A DNA stretch of 64,000 bases, from the NCBI GenBank assembly GCA_951406725.2, contig OX597825.1, positions 50,778,001 to 50,842,000 of the forward strand, given 5' to 3'. Positions 1 to 13,536 of this stretch are shown here, piece after piece; the first letter of the stretch is position 1; each line of letters opens with the position of its first letter. This DNA is from Octopus vulgaris (taxonomy: Eukaryota). The position numbers and the translations under genes are program-made. Below the pieces are notes generated by a model. The model saw nothing but the letters and a program-made list of their open reading frames with translations. It did not search any database and was not told the DNA's origin.

Positions 1-122
<122 letters not shown>

Positions 123-369
123 GGTGTGTATGTATATATATATATATATACACATATGTGTGTGTGTGTAATATAAATATATGATACACACACACTCATA
201 GTTAACTCAAGTATGGAATATCAAGTCCATGTCCCAAAGAACCACATAGAACCGGCAGACCTACAAACAACATTGATAAACTAACAAGCCTAAACTTGCT
301 AGTCTTCTATTGTTCTCTCAGCTGGATCAGTGTGATTGTTTGCTCAAGAGGAGAGCAAGAATCTCTTGG

Positions 370-1975
370 TTAAACGCTACCGACAAAAGTTACAAGTTGC
401 AACTTATAATGTCAGACCTATTTTGACTGATTTGAGACTGCAAGATCATGAATAGGTCGAGTCATTAAAAGTCTAAAGTGGAGCATATTCGAGCTGCGTG
501 AAGTGATACGAGTAGAGAGAGAAATGTGTTGAACTAAAAAGTGGGGATCACTTTCACTTTAAAGAATGGCATCGGAGTTTTCGAAAGTAAGAAAGTGGTT
601 AAACATATAACAGATATAAAAGCCTGAAGGAGAAACTTTCAAGGGGTACAACAGAACTTTTCACTAGATAGAATATGTACAGAGGATAAGTTTATGCACC
701 GACGAAATCATACATTGACGAGAAAGTCGATGACGTATGGAAGGACATCACTAACCAACCTGAAACATCTCCATCACACTGCAACATCATTATGAATGAC
801 TTCAACACAGATGTGAGTGGACAATGGTTACTATGCACAGTGGCTGTCACGAAAGAGAAATGCCCAGGCAATGGAGAAAAACATTATTGAACATAAAACA
901 GAAAGAGAGACACTGAAAGTCTGAGGAACTAACACCCAATAAATCTACTCTCAAACGCATGCAAGCTGTCAACAGACATAGTAAAAAGAAAATAAAGAAA
1001 AGAAAAATGAAAAGGAAAAAGAATATGGCAATCAGTGCAAGACGCAGATCGTCTCAGAGGTGGCTTATCTCCTGGTGACCACATACACATCATCAACTAA
1101 TTGACTGAAAACCAGTAGGATACAATCTCACACGGTCGCTAATATTAATCGATTGCAATAAAGTCTTCGATTCAATAAAATAGGAACTGTGTTGAACTCA
1201 CTAAAGTGTTGAACAAATCTTGTTTCTGGTGAAGATATCTACAGTTTCTGAGAGAGCGTTTTCATTCAAATAGGTAATAGTATACAACAAAAAGACACCA
1301 TTTTACTCAAATATTTTACAAGATGTATGAAAATCTTCAAAATACAAGAAATAAATATCAATTGAAACAATGTATATAATTTAAGATTTGTGAATGACAT
1401 CTTACTAATGATAATAGTCTAGAATAGAGAGAGATAAAACCGAGAGGTATGAGTGAATGAAACTAGACCTTCTGAATGGAAATATAAATATAATTAAAAA
1501 CAAAATAAAAATCATAATCAATCTCGAAGTGACATCAAAATTGGTTACAGAGTCGGAGAATGAAGTATAAGTTGAAAATGGTGTACACCCAGGATAAAGA
1601 AATACTGTGAAAGAAAAAGACAACGAGAGAGAAATGAAAGTAGATTAATAGTTGGACGGACCTCTTTCATCAAACGTAAATATGTTATGAAATCAAACCT
1701 CGTAGGCTGTCTACAAAGATAAATATACATAGCACTAGCAGTCGATTATGAAATCAAAAATGTGGACTGGAACAGCAGAAATAAAGAAGAAACTGGCTGC
1801 GTGCCAACACCAAGCAATAAGATCAATGCTTGACATATCATATTGAGACAGAGACAAAGAAATGAATGAGTAAAGGAGCGAAGGTAGATGATAGTCAGAG
1901 GCTGTATAAAAATATCAACAGGACATGGAGATATGGCCGTAAACCGTGACAAGGGTAATATTTCTAAAGTTTTCA
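370..1975 (+). mobile_element. Decayed RTE-clade non-LTR retrotransposon (APE endonuclease + reverse transcriptase remnants)
   Basis: Disrupted translations show endonuclease motifs (VATYNVR ~395, VYAPT ~690, IIMNDFN ~787) followed by RT motifs (RN*HPINLLSN ~927, DHIHIIN, LIDCNKVFDSI ~1145, QQKDTI, NLRFVNDILL ~1378, i.e. FADD). Many stops and frameshifts. Confidence 0.8.
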
Positions 1976-1987
1976 GGAAAACCAATT

Positions 1988-2103
1988 TTCTTCTTCTTCT
2001 TCTTCTTCTTCTTCTTCTTCTTCTTCTTCTTCTTCTTCTTCTTCTTCTTCTTCTTCTTCTTCTTCTTCTTCTTCTTCTTCTTCTTCTTCTTCTTCTTCTT
2101 CTT
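1988..2103. repeat. (TTC)n microsatellite
   Basis: Pure TTC tract; source of the poly-L/F/K ORFs. Confidence 0.97.
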
Positions 2104-2229
2104 GCACCCGTTCCTCTCCTTCCTCCTCCGCTCCTCTTCCACCCCTCCTCCTCTCACTATGTTGATATTGTCGATGTAGCTTTGCTTAAAACTACTTCCC
2201 CATTTGATCGTATCTTCCATTTTTTTAGT

Positions 2230-3440
2230 TGGTATATTTTTGTTTCTTTCTCTTTTTTCTTGTGTTCCTGCGTGGCAATTAGTGTCTTCCCTGTCACCTT
2301 GCCAGATAGCAAGGTGATAAGGAGTTTGTGTGGTGTTAGTCGTTGAAGGGGTATGTCCTAGGTTTGTAATATTGTTCTGCTGTCAGAGTTTCTCTTTTAG
2401 TTGCTCTTAATGATGTTTCTGACCCTGACGATGGTGTATCTTCTGTTGTTCATACTGTTATTGCTTACACTGTTGTATTATTACTGTTGCTGTTTTCGCA
2501 ACTTCTGGTTTCCCATTTGCTCCAATTGATGATGTTACTGCTGTTTTCGCTGTTGAAGTAGATAGTGTTGTTGCTATGCAGTTTGTAGAAGTGGTGGTCT
2601 TTTGTGTTCTTTCACATGAACAGAATTTTCCATTAAGTACTGAGTGTCGCCTCAAACACCATCTTCTTATACAGTATCAATTACCATGTACAGTTTTGTA
2701 CAGTTTGGTTGATGGAGCAGATCCAGGATCGATCTCATGGTTTGATCACTTGACCAATTTTGTTACTGCAGCCTCTGGGCCAGCATAATATCAATTTTAT
2801 CCCCTATGTCGATGAGAACAGCTGCAACCAACAAACAAATATTTATACTTCTGGGCACGTCGACTATTTTTATCTTTCACCATTTTCACGGCCAATGTAG
2901 ATTGTTATGAGAACAAGTTACTCTTTACGGTGGTTATGGATTACTTTCTGGCTCTATCCTCCGTAGGGAATGTCAACTCCACTGCACTTTTTCCTTGCTA
3001 CGTATATTTTGGTGCTCCATATTTGGGCGATTCCTTTTAAATTTGCTGCGGTATCGCCATCTGTTTTTTCCTGAATTTTGTTCATAAGATTTTGTTTACC
3101 ACAATTCTGAGGTTAGTTTCTTGTTGGGTTCCATGATGTTGAGGGCAACATTTCGTCCAGACATCGTAAGTATGTTTTTAACATATCTTTTAATTATTCC
3201 AATCTTAATATAATGTATACGATTTGGTGAACCCACAAACGCTGGATTTGCAAGTTGTGTTTTTGTTTTCTGTATTAATGCTAATGGGGTTGGTGGTGAT
3301 GGAGCTGGAATGTGCAGGTATGTTGAAAGGACAATTTGATTTCTATTTTGTTTTAGTATTCGTTATTATCCTTTTCGTTTTTGTCTTCAGTTTACTATTA
3401 TTGTTGTTATTTCCGGCAGAAATTGTGTTTGTTGTTGTGG
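2230..3440 (-). mobile_element. Decayed LINE ORF1-like remnant (possibly L1/Tx1-like)
   Basis: Minus-strand fragments such as GKSAVELTFPTEDRARK and LVAAVLIDIGDKIDIMLAQR resemble non-LTR ORF1 sequence. No intact frame. Confidence 0.4.
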
Positions 3441-3452
3441 TGCCGAAATAAA

Positions 3453-3955
3453 GATGCAGCATCAGGCAGTGGCTCTCGTGATTTCTAATTTTAACTGATT
3501 GGAAGTGTTATCATGTCCATTGTTTTGCCTTGGTATAAGAGATGGACTACAGCAAATATTCTGCACAATACCACAGATTTGTTTGTCAGTTGTTTGACCT
3601 TTACCAGTTGAGCATGTCCCTTAGTGGCTGAGGATATGTGCATCTCTGATCACGAGTAGAAGTAGTTGGGGAGCATCATTGCCATATCTTGAGAGGAATT
3701 CTTTGGGGTTTGAATAATTCACCTCTGGAAACGGGTGTTTCGTTCAACATCCTTAAACAACTCTTATTCAGGGATCTTTTGAGCGTGATGGGCTACTCGA
3801 ACAGAAGAAAATTCTAACTAGGCCCCACCTGCAAGGTCATGTGCTATTTATCTTGATATGAGATCGCCATGTCGCGCACATAATGGCTGTGATTCATATG
3901 CCTATGTACCCTTATCAGACGGGTAGTCTTGATGGCATGCACTGCTCTCTCACTC
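3453..3955 (+). mobile_element. ~550-bp non-coding interspersed repeat, copy 1 (internal deletion near 3' end)
   Basis: Clear similarity to 31022-31580 and 54677-55190 (e.g. TTAACTGATTGGAAGTGTTATCATGT...CCAGTTGAGCATGTCCCTTAGTGGCTGA...GCACTGCTCTCTC). Followed by an ATT/AAT array. Confidence 0.9.
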
Positions 3956-4102
<147 letters not shown>

Positions 4103-4897
4103 AAACACCAAAGCAGCAAAAGCTCACATTCTATTGTTAAGGAAGTTTGCAAATTCACAAAGGAACTTGGCATTAACCTTGAGATAGTTGAAGAACCTGA
4201 AACTACAGCCACAAGACAAGCAAAACGGATCAAGTAGACTGCAAAAAGGAATGGGTAGAAACAAACTGAGGTGTGGTGGCAGCAGAAGCCTCTGCATGGA
4301 CAGTATATACTTCGAAGTCGAAATGTTAATGTAGATCACGCAACAACCCATCAGTGGTTGTGAAGTTCAGGACTGAAAGCTGAGACGGAAAGTTTCATAC
4401 TGGCACTAAAAGATCAAAGATTACTTACCAAAAACTACCAGGCTAGCGTTCTTCAACACTGACAGAACTATCCAGGCTAATCGACCAGACATAATTATTA
4501 AAGACAGGGATGAAAACACTTGTAGACTAATAGATGTAAGAGATCCCACTGATACAAATATATCTGGAAAGGAATTTGACAAATTAAGTAAAAAGAAGGA
4601 CCTGAAAATTGAAATATGATAAAAAAGGGATGTGAGAAACATCTAGATAAGATATCAGGAGAACCATGTCTCAGAGAAATTCAAAAGATTGTGCTGACAA
4701 GTACTGCACATGTCCTTAGAAAAACCCTATCAATTTAAATGACTGTACTGTATTACATGAAGATATTTCGCTACTACGCCTGCTACTACCCCTACCCAAT
4801 CTTTCAGTCATACTGTAACATCTATCCTTCACTCGCCCCAGAATGCTAGGTGTGTCTCGGCGAGTAATTGTAAAAAAAATGCAGATTACATGTGTAA
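4103..4897 (+). mobile_element. R4/Dong-like non-LTR retrotransposon 3' fragment with restriction-like endonuclease (RLE) domain
   Basis: WQQKPLHGQY, HQWL*SSGLKAETESFILA, TDRTIQANRPDIIIKD...CRLIDV (PD..D), EIQKIVLTSTAHVLRKTLSI* ending ~4737. 3' UTR runs into (AAT)n. Confidence 0.85.
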
Positions 4898-5085
<188 letters not shown>

Positions 5086-5835
5086 TCTCAGTATGAATAA
5101 GAAGATCAAGCTCAAGCGATGAAAACAAACAGCCTGCAAAAATATGTATATGGGGTGGAGTTGTTGGAATTGTTATGGTATTTGGAATGAGAGAGTGGCA
5201 TACTTTGTTGCAGAACGTCCCAATTTAGCTCAGAGAGAATATAAGATATGTAGGTATGATCAAGTTGTGAAAGTTTTACACTGGAAGCTTTGTTGAAAGT
5301 GGGGAAATAAAGCTGGAGGTACATGGTATGAGCATCTGGTCGAAAGAGTGCTGACGTCGGTTAAATGCAAAATTGTATGGAATTTTCGTATTCAAACGGA
5401 TAAGAAGCTAGCAAATAATAAACCTGACATAACAATGATAGATGAAGAAAAGCGAAGTTGCTTACTAATTGATCCATCATGTCCGTTTGATTCCAGACTT
5501 AATAAAGAAAGAGGATGAAAATTAGAAAAATACAATCTCTTAAAATTTGAAATTGCAAGAATTTTGAGTATAAAAATTGTAAAGGTTGCGCCTGTAATAA
5601 TTGATGCATTGTAAGGAAAGATATAGACAAATAATCGACGGAAATTGGAATAGAATGCTCAGTAGAGCTTTTACAGAAAGTTTGCCTGTTAGGGACAGGA
5701 AAGATTATCAGGAGGGTTTTAAGCACTTGAGAGACTATTGGAAACTTATGGATCCCTAAAGTTATAGGTAGTAACCTGCTACCCACATAAATACTACCAG
5801 GAATAAGAACGAACCTGAGTCAAGTCAATCAATAA
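5086..5835 (+). mobile_element. Second, divergent R4/Dong-like RLE retrotransposon 3' fragment
   Basis: PNLAQREYK..RYDQVVKVLHWKLC, WYEHLVERVL, KIVWNFRIQTDKKLANNKPDITMID..CLLIDPSCPFD, LQKVCLLGTGKIIRRVLST* ending 5730. Ends in a short AAT-like tail. Confidence 0.85.
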
Positions 5836-6260
5836 CAATAATAGTAATACTATCTATATTACCATAATAATTATTTTTGTGTTTTGGGGGCGGTGGTGTG
5901 GTTGATACTACTATAGGAGATGAGATGAGAAAAAGTATCTAGGACTGTTTCAACGATGATATGAAGTCGACTTATCAAGGTGTGCATTAAGAAGTCTGTC
6001 AAAATAAAAACTTAACAGTTCAATATAAGCTGTTCTGTCAAAGTTGCAGAAAAAATTCAGATATACGAAAACTAAATGAGAGCTTGGCTGTGCCTATGAC
6101 CGTCAGAAGGCATACGACACAAAAGGATATTAAAGCGATTCACTCGCTTATATATCTCGTTTTTGAACCATACTAAGTCTCCTGTACGAGAATTAGCATC
6201 AAAGATGGCAAAACACATATTGAAGGTTTAAAAAACCCATCAGTTGTTAAGGTAACCAAA

Positions 6261-7075
6261 TTGTACATTATTTACATTCGACGGATATTTGTCCTCATCT
6301 TGTTTGTTGTTAACACAACGTTTCGGCTGATATACTCTCCATCCTTCTTCAGGTGTCGTGGGGAAATTTCGAACTTTGGTTCTCATTCCTAAGATGTTGT
6401 TGTTGTTCAGGTTCCCATATGCTGTTCATATCTGCACTCGGTCTGCTAAGGAGGTTGATGTGTCCTAGCATATGTGCTGCTTCATTTAGTTTCCGTATTT
6501 TCCAGTGATGTTCTCTGTCTATTATTTTAACTTCATCCCACAGGGGGAGGTGGTCTCCATTTTTCCATACATGATTAGCTATACCCGATTTATCAATATC
6601 TCCTCGCGTCACACAGCTTTGTGATATTCGTCTCCCCTTATTTTGAGGGGGCGGTATGTTTCGCTTTTGCATAACCTACCACAGCTGTCTGGGATGGCGT
6701 AAACGAACGCAGTCTTTGGTCATATTCTCTTCTATTGGTGGTTCTACTCGAAGGAGATATTTGCGATTTGTTGTATTACTCTTGAATACTGTCCTGATGT
6801 CATATGTGCCACATATCTTTTGTATCTTTTCGGAGAGACCTTTCACATAGGGTAGACAGACTCCGGACAGTTTATTGGCCTCATCCCCTCTCTTCTTTAT
6901 AATTGGAGTGGATATTATACTTTTGAGGCAGTTGCTGCTTAGCAGATCGTTATTGAGCGTGATAATTTCTTTGTGGTGTGTATCCCGATCGCTACTTATA
7001 TTCTTTGCACGATGTTTAGGCACTGAGCAATCCCTTTCTTTACCCTGTACTGATAGTGGGAATTGAAATATAGAA
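6261..7075 (-). mobile_element. Penelope-like element 3' part: RT C-terminus, GIY-YIG endonuclease and terminal repeat
   Basis: ORFs 6676-7023 (VCLPYVKGLSEKIQKICGTYDIRTVFKS) and 6349-6672 (KSGIANHVWKNGDHLPLWDEVKIIDREHHWKIRKLNEAAHM) match PLE RT-thumb and GIY-YIG C-terminal motifs. Confidence 0.88.
6310..6357 (-). ncRNA. Minimal type I hammerhead ribozyme motif in Penelope terminal repeat
   Basis: Minus strand reads GACAC-CTGAAGA-A-GGATG-gagagtatat-CAGCC-GAAAC-GTT-GTGTT. Conserved CUGANGA and GAAA boxes, stem I GACAC/GTGTT, stem II with one mismatch, loopless palindromic stem III (AACGTT). Confidence 0.65.
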
Positions 7076-7148
7076 CTTTAACCAAATTGTGTTGATTTTA
7101 TAGATTGCTCATCAAACATTGATTGGTCTTTCTTAAAATTCATTTATC

Positions 7149-7407
<259 letters not shown>

Positions 7408-8199
7408 CGTTTTTTTACAAGTCCTGAACAAACAGAATTGAACATGAACGGTCCAGTAACTGAATTTATTACTTGTTTCTGTGTGGGAGTCTGTATGTGT
7501 ACGTTTGTACAGAGAGAGAGAGAGAGAGAGGGGCAGACAGAGAGGGAAAGAGAGTGAGTATGTGTGTGTATTGCGTGTGTGTATGTGTGTGATAGAAAAT
7601 GATGGTCATAAAGAGAGAGGTGGTTCCAACATAAAAAAATAAATAAATTATTAAGAAGTGGATGAAGATATGAAACGTCAGAAAACAACACATTGAGAAA
7701 GAAAGAGAGATTAAAAGGAATTGGGAAAGTTGGTGAGATTTTATGTATCTTAAAAATAAGACAATCGATTGATCTGAACAATCTCTAGTTCAGCCCTTAT
7801 CCATTGGCAGCTGACAGTGAATTCAATCATATCATGTATAATTGCTGTTATTATCTCTATTGTTGATTTTGTTGATGTTGTGGTTGATATTGATGTTATT
7901 GTTGTGCTTTAATAGTTATATCAATGCTTTATGTCATAATATTTGCGTTGTGCTTTGTTTATAACTCATCGCTTTCATGACTAGAGACGCTATGCTGAAT
8001 ATGGCGTCGCCAGAAATAACTTATCTTGCTTGTGAAGCAGCCATTACATCGATTCCCTAACATTCCACCGTCCACCGTCCACCCTGCGATCCCAAATGGG
8101 TATGGTGGTGGGGGCCAGCAGTTGATCTCGATTGTGGTGTCTATTTTTAGGCATCGTTACGCTTCTTGGTTCTTTGTGTGTATATATGCGCATATATAG

Positions 8200-8277
<78 letters not shown>

Positions 8278-8375
8278 GGTACATATATACACACACACAC
8301 ATATTATATAAATGCGAGCGCGTGTATGTATATATTTATGTCTCTTTTTCCTCTCTTTTCTCTCTCTTTATCCCT

Positions 8376-8414
<39 letters not shown>

Positions 8415-8991
8415 TTAGAAATCCATAGAATATTCAATGATTAGTCTGCCGTTACACTCTTCCGGACTTGTAGACGACAAATTTTGCTGAATAACCAATA
8501 TATCCATGTTTTTGCTGGTAAACTTTACTTATATAAATGTTTAAATTTCTTTACCACAACAATCTTTCTGTGATGTTCACATAAGAACTGTGTGTTGGTA
8601 GAAATAGCTGAGTGCCGAACTAAATGCAGAAGAATATTTAGTTTTGTAATACTGTGTTTTGCACTCTCATCCTCTACAGGTTGATTACATTGTCCCTACA
8701 CATGAATTCTGTGCACAGGTACCATATTTAATACAACGGAGTTCAAGTTAATTGCCTGAGCACTTTTACCGTTTCCTCTTGCAAGATGTGGTGTTGGCCC
8801 TCGATGTGAAATTATTTATGTTTCTATACGTAGACAGTACTATTTTATTATTATGTAGCCCCAAGGCATTACTACTGAGCATTCTTAAGATAAAAGGTAT
8901 TGACAATCTAGGACTACATTATTCAACGTTTCTTTTCTTTTCAAAGCATCAAGATTCCATATATGACATTTGGTTGGTATGTCTAGCAGGT

Positions 8992-9189
8992 TGAGTGGCT
9001 ATATACGGATTAATCTCCTTGACTCAGCTTCTCTCATTGACCCCCACATATTGGTTGAGATGGTTGATACTTCACAAAATATTTTATTGATATCACTCAA
9101 TATTTATTGAAGCACTACTAATACTAATATCAACTTCTTTTTTTTACATGCTATGATACCGAACTGCATTTGAATGAAAAACTAGAGAC
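8992..9189. repeat. Unclassified interspersed repeat segment, copy 1
   Basis: Aligns with 18550-18742 (CTTCTCTCATTGACCCCCA, CACAAAATATTTTATTGATATCACTCA, GCATTTGAATGAAAA). Confidence 0.8.
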
Positions 9190-9254
9190 ATGTAGAATGT
9201 TTTATTGTCAGATATATAATCAAAATGATTAGTTTTTCCGGTCACATGTTATAT

Positions 9255-11069
9255 ATAATCAAAATAAGCAATAGGGTGTCAAGAAGTGATGCAGTACGAC
9301 CGTTTCAAGCGGCTGTATTTAATTAAACAATGTAATCATTACATCAATTTAGCTGCACAAATAATAAATGGAATTTTAATCAGTTGGACACATTAATATA
9401 ATTTTTCTCAAATACCTTTAACAGAGCAAGAATACGGAAGAAATCCACGTTGTCGCTATTGTAGCTAAAAATAGACTATACTCCCAAGAAAGGCTTGAAA
9501 ACCACTGGGGTCATAGCTTGTAAAGGATTGTTGTTCATTTCTAATTTATTTTCTTTTTATCAACTACTAAATCTAAGACTAGAGGACTGTGTCTATATGG
9601 AATGAAGGGCAAGAGTGAATTGACAGCTTATGACTAGGTATGTTCATAAATATTGTCAAAGATATTAGTAGTAAATTGGGTATAGAGTAACTGCCTATAA
9701 AAGGAGGCTGGGTAGGGGAATACTCTAAATCATGATGTTAATTACCAGTTAAAGGGGCAACACGCTAATAAAACCTATGATGTTAATACAGAGGAAATTT
9801 TATCATGGGGTACTAGGGGGAATTGTTTATAAACAATATTGATATGCTGTATATATATAAAATTTCAGATTATCAAAAATGATATCATAACCAAAATAGG
9901 TAAAATGTGTGTATATATCAATTTTCAACATTAAAAAGCAGATTACATAGAATTAGTTCAATATTCATTCATATATTTAATTATTTACTTAGGTGGTTTC
10001 TATAAAGAGTACCCAGGGCATTACTTATGGGATACTGGAAAGATAAACATGGGTGGTATAATCCTGAGTTAATGTTTAACGTAGTATCCAAGAAATTTTC
10101 CATCTTTGTGGCTTATTCAAACCATTTTCTAATTCTTTTTCTCATTCTTTTTATGACCGATTTGTTGTCACTATGAATAATAAATAGAGTATAATCTCTG
10201 CATAAACTTCCCTGTAATTCAGGGATTTCACTATTAAAGCATTTTAAGAGATACGCATCAACTAGGTTAGTGATTTCTGCCGAATCACTCGAACCCACAG
10301 CTATAACAAAATTATCATGGGTGTCGGACCTCATCCATAGCTTACCCACAAATTTTATGATAGTCTTCCTGGCTAAAAGAATAATGTCAATTTTAAACCT
10401 AGTTATGAGAGAGAGATTTTTAAAGAAAATTAGGGATTTGTTTAGAAGAATAGGAAATATACTATAATAACAACAGTTAATATCAAATTGAATAAACGAA
10501 TAATTACTTATATTTTCAATGGATTTGAACCAATATATCATTTCATCCGTATCAACCCATAAGTTGAAAAATAGATTAGGAATTATTAGGGGTATTAGAG
10601 TATCCAGAATAGATTTAGTCTTCTGTAGGTAATATAGCCTAGTCTATATGTTTCCAGTTTTATCCACCGGTACTATTCCTGGTTTGTTCTGCAATGATTT
10701 AATAAAGTCCCTAAGCTTCTTTAGATGCCAGTTTTTTCTATGTGGTTGTTCCTTGAATTTTACATTAGCAATAAGCTCAAATAAGTCTTTTTGAAAATGT
10801 TCCAGTAGTGGGCTAGGTGGAGGATTTTCTTCTGTTTTTGAATTATAATAATTTTTATCATGTTTCTAGGTTTCTTTTCTTCTTTTTAGCCTCATGATAG
10901 TAAGCTGTCCACCTCATCCTCCGGACAAACTCATTTGTCCTATGGATTAGCAGCCACATATATGTATATATGAATATTTTAATATGTATATATATGCGTG
11001 TATGTATAATATATGTATGCATGTGTATATATATGTATATATATATGTATGTATATGTAGGTATATGTA

Positions 11070-11166
<97 letters not shown>

Positions 11167-11518
11167 CGATTAATATGGTACTTAAGATGAAGCACCAGAA
11201 TTTAGTACGGTATAATCCATACAATTTCAAATTAAGGCGATAAAAATCAAAATATGCAACAAGGATATCCAGAGGTAATGCAGTACGATCGTTTCATGCA
11301 ACTCCATTTGTCCTATGGATTAGCGGCCACATATATGTATATATGTATATTTTAATATGTATCCATCTAATGTGTCCATCTGTTCTAAATTCTATGTCTT
11401 TGTGCAGCTGAAGATTTCTCTACATTTTAAATTGGTGTAATGATTGCATCGTTCAAATAAATGGAGTTGCATGAAACGATCGTACAGCATTACCTCTGGA
11501 TATCCTTGTTGCTTATTT

Positions 11519-11522
<4 letters not shown>
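9255..11522 (-). mobile_element. Penelope-like element with RT remnant and direct plus inverted terminal repeat segments
   Basis: ORF 10113-10541 (FIQFDI..YYSI..LLNKSL..IILLARK..NFVIAVGSSDSAEITNLV..LL..GSLCRD) matches PLE RT motifs FDVTMGSYDGAE / GLYRDD. Terminal segment repeated at ~9260-9395, 11246-11309 and, inverted, 11368-11522. Confidence 0.8.
11403..11489 (+). ncRNA. Hammerhead-like motif (type I) in inverted Penelope terminal repeat
   Basis: TGCAG-CTGAAGA (11408-11414)...GAAAC-GATC-GTA-CAGCA (11473-11489). Sister copies read GAAACG(A/G)TCGTACTGCA, restoring stem I. Stem II region is long and not obviously canonical. Confidence 0.45.
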
Positions 11523-11581
<59 letters not shown>

Positions 11582-13339
11582 CATAGTAATATATATATAT
11601 ATATATAAGCATAGTAGCTAGTTCTAAAATCTCAAGAAGCAATGGAATAGTAATGTATACTAAACAGTAGAGCCACATTAAAATGGCAGGTGAATGTTAC
11701 TACTAGTTTAAGCCCAGGCAGATTCTCCGCCAGCTGGTTTTCGATGCAACGGTCTGGATCCTGTATATACAATATATAGCTAGCAGGGGGAGTGAATCAC
11801 TTACTAACCTCCATCAGCTAACAGGATCATATATATATATATATATATAGACATCCAAATGTGTGCATATATGTGTTTGAATCAATATGTGTGTGGTCGT
11901 TATGTAAGTGTCATTTCATTTCAATCCTACAACACTAGGTTTTCAAATTTACTAATATATCACGTGTCATTAACAGTACCTTCTGGCGAATACGATATAT
12001 AACTAGTTCACACTCTTCAGCCATTCCTATAGTTATTTCAGCTAATAAAAGATGATACAGAATTTGATTTATATATTGAGTATGGGATCTAGTTATTTTC
12101 ATTCGCAAATATGCATTTTTTAAAAGACAGTAAAAAATCTGAAACTTGGCTTTAATAATAAAGTTTTCCAGTCTAATTGCTATGAAGGTACGATGTTGTG
12201 GAGAAAAAAATTCGAGGAAAAAGTTAGAGAGGTTTGAAAATCGAAAAATTGTATATTTTTTAGCCAATAGCGATACAAATTTTCTGCGTTTAGCGAAGCG
12301 GTGTCACCTTTAAGGCTGTACTTTGTCAAATCTATGATTTACCGTCTGTGAAATGATCTCTTCATTGTAAGTTTCTAAAAAACAGAAATACCTAATAAGA
12401 TCAACATGTATCATTATGCTGTTTCTTTTGTCTTTTCATTGACTGTAGGTTTTTCTTTTTAAAAATTTGTTATATTAATGTATTTGTCTGCATGTGTCTA
12501 TTTTATGCGTATTTCAGTATTGTGTATACCTCTCATGTATTTGTGTACAGCATTAACATATAAGCACTTGTTTGTGTGTTTGCGTGCGTATGAGTATTTG
12601 TGTGTATTTGTGTGTGTATGTGTGTCTGTGTGTAAAAGGTGGCGTCGGTCTCCAAAACCTAAAAGTTGAGTAGCGCTTTCAGGTTTCGATTAGTAAACTA
12701 TGATAATAACATTGGTCAACAATTTGTCCCAACGATAAGAAACTTGTATCTTATATGCTTTTGCATGCACAATTCAAAAATAATGTCAAATTATCTGTAC
12801 TAAGTTCATATATTCCATTCACCTTCATAATGCCAAGAAACTGTATTAACATCGCAAACAACATTTGCTATACATGAAAAATATGTAAAATTTTAAGACA
12901 ATTGACGAAAAATATCTATAATAAAATTCTAATTGATAAATATTAAGTTTTATTAAAACAAAGTACGCAGGTGAAGTAAATCTCGTATTGTGAAGAATCA
13001 ACACAAGCGAGTGAAACAAAACACAACGTGCGGTTGTCATGGCAACAAGCTGTTGGTGCTTCGCTGCCTGTTGATTGGCTGGCTAAAATTCCCAAATTTC
13101 TCAACTTTAATTCCAAATAACATCAGATTCTTTGATTTACGAGATAAAGTAATTGGTTGATCATAATCAAACTTCAGAGTTTCATTGATACACCAAAATT
13201 GAAAGCAATCTGAGCAAAATTAAAGGGGGCTCATTTTGCGAATGAAAAAGACAAGGTTTTGAATATGTAACAATCTCTTATCAGACTGTTTGATTGTGTA
13301 CACTTCTTTCTTCGTGCTTCCTGAATATCTATATAACTA

Positions 13340-13465
13340 TCACTCATTAAGTCACCAGTACTTATTTATTCTGTTTAAACTTGATACTTATTCTATTTGT
13401 TTCTTTTCCAGAACCGCTTAGTTACAGGGATGAAAACACATAGTGGGTACAAACACAGACATAAA

Positions 13466-13536
<71 letters not shown>

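Noticed and set aside
1888-2346. 152-aa ORF and the many other poly-L/I/N/YI/HT/CV ORFs throughout the window
   Set aside because: They are translations of stop-free microsatellites (TTC, AAT, TA, CA, TATC) with no domain content.
8440-8990. Possible piggyBac-like Cys-rich C-terminus on minus (SCKRKR*KC...C)
   Set aside because: Too degenerate; no catalytic motifs, TIRs or TTAA TSD identified.
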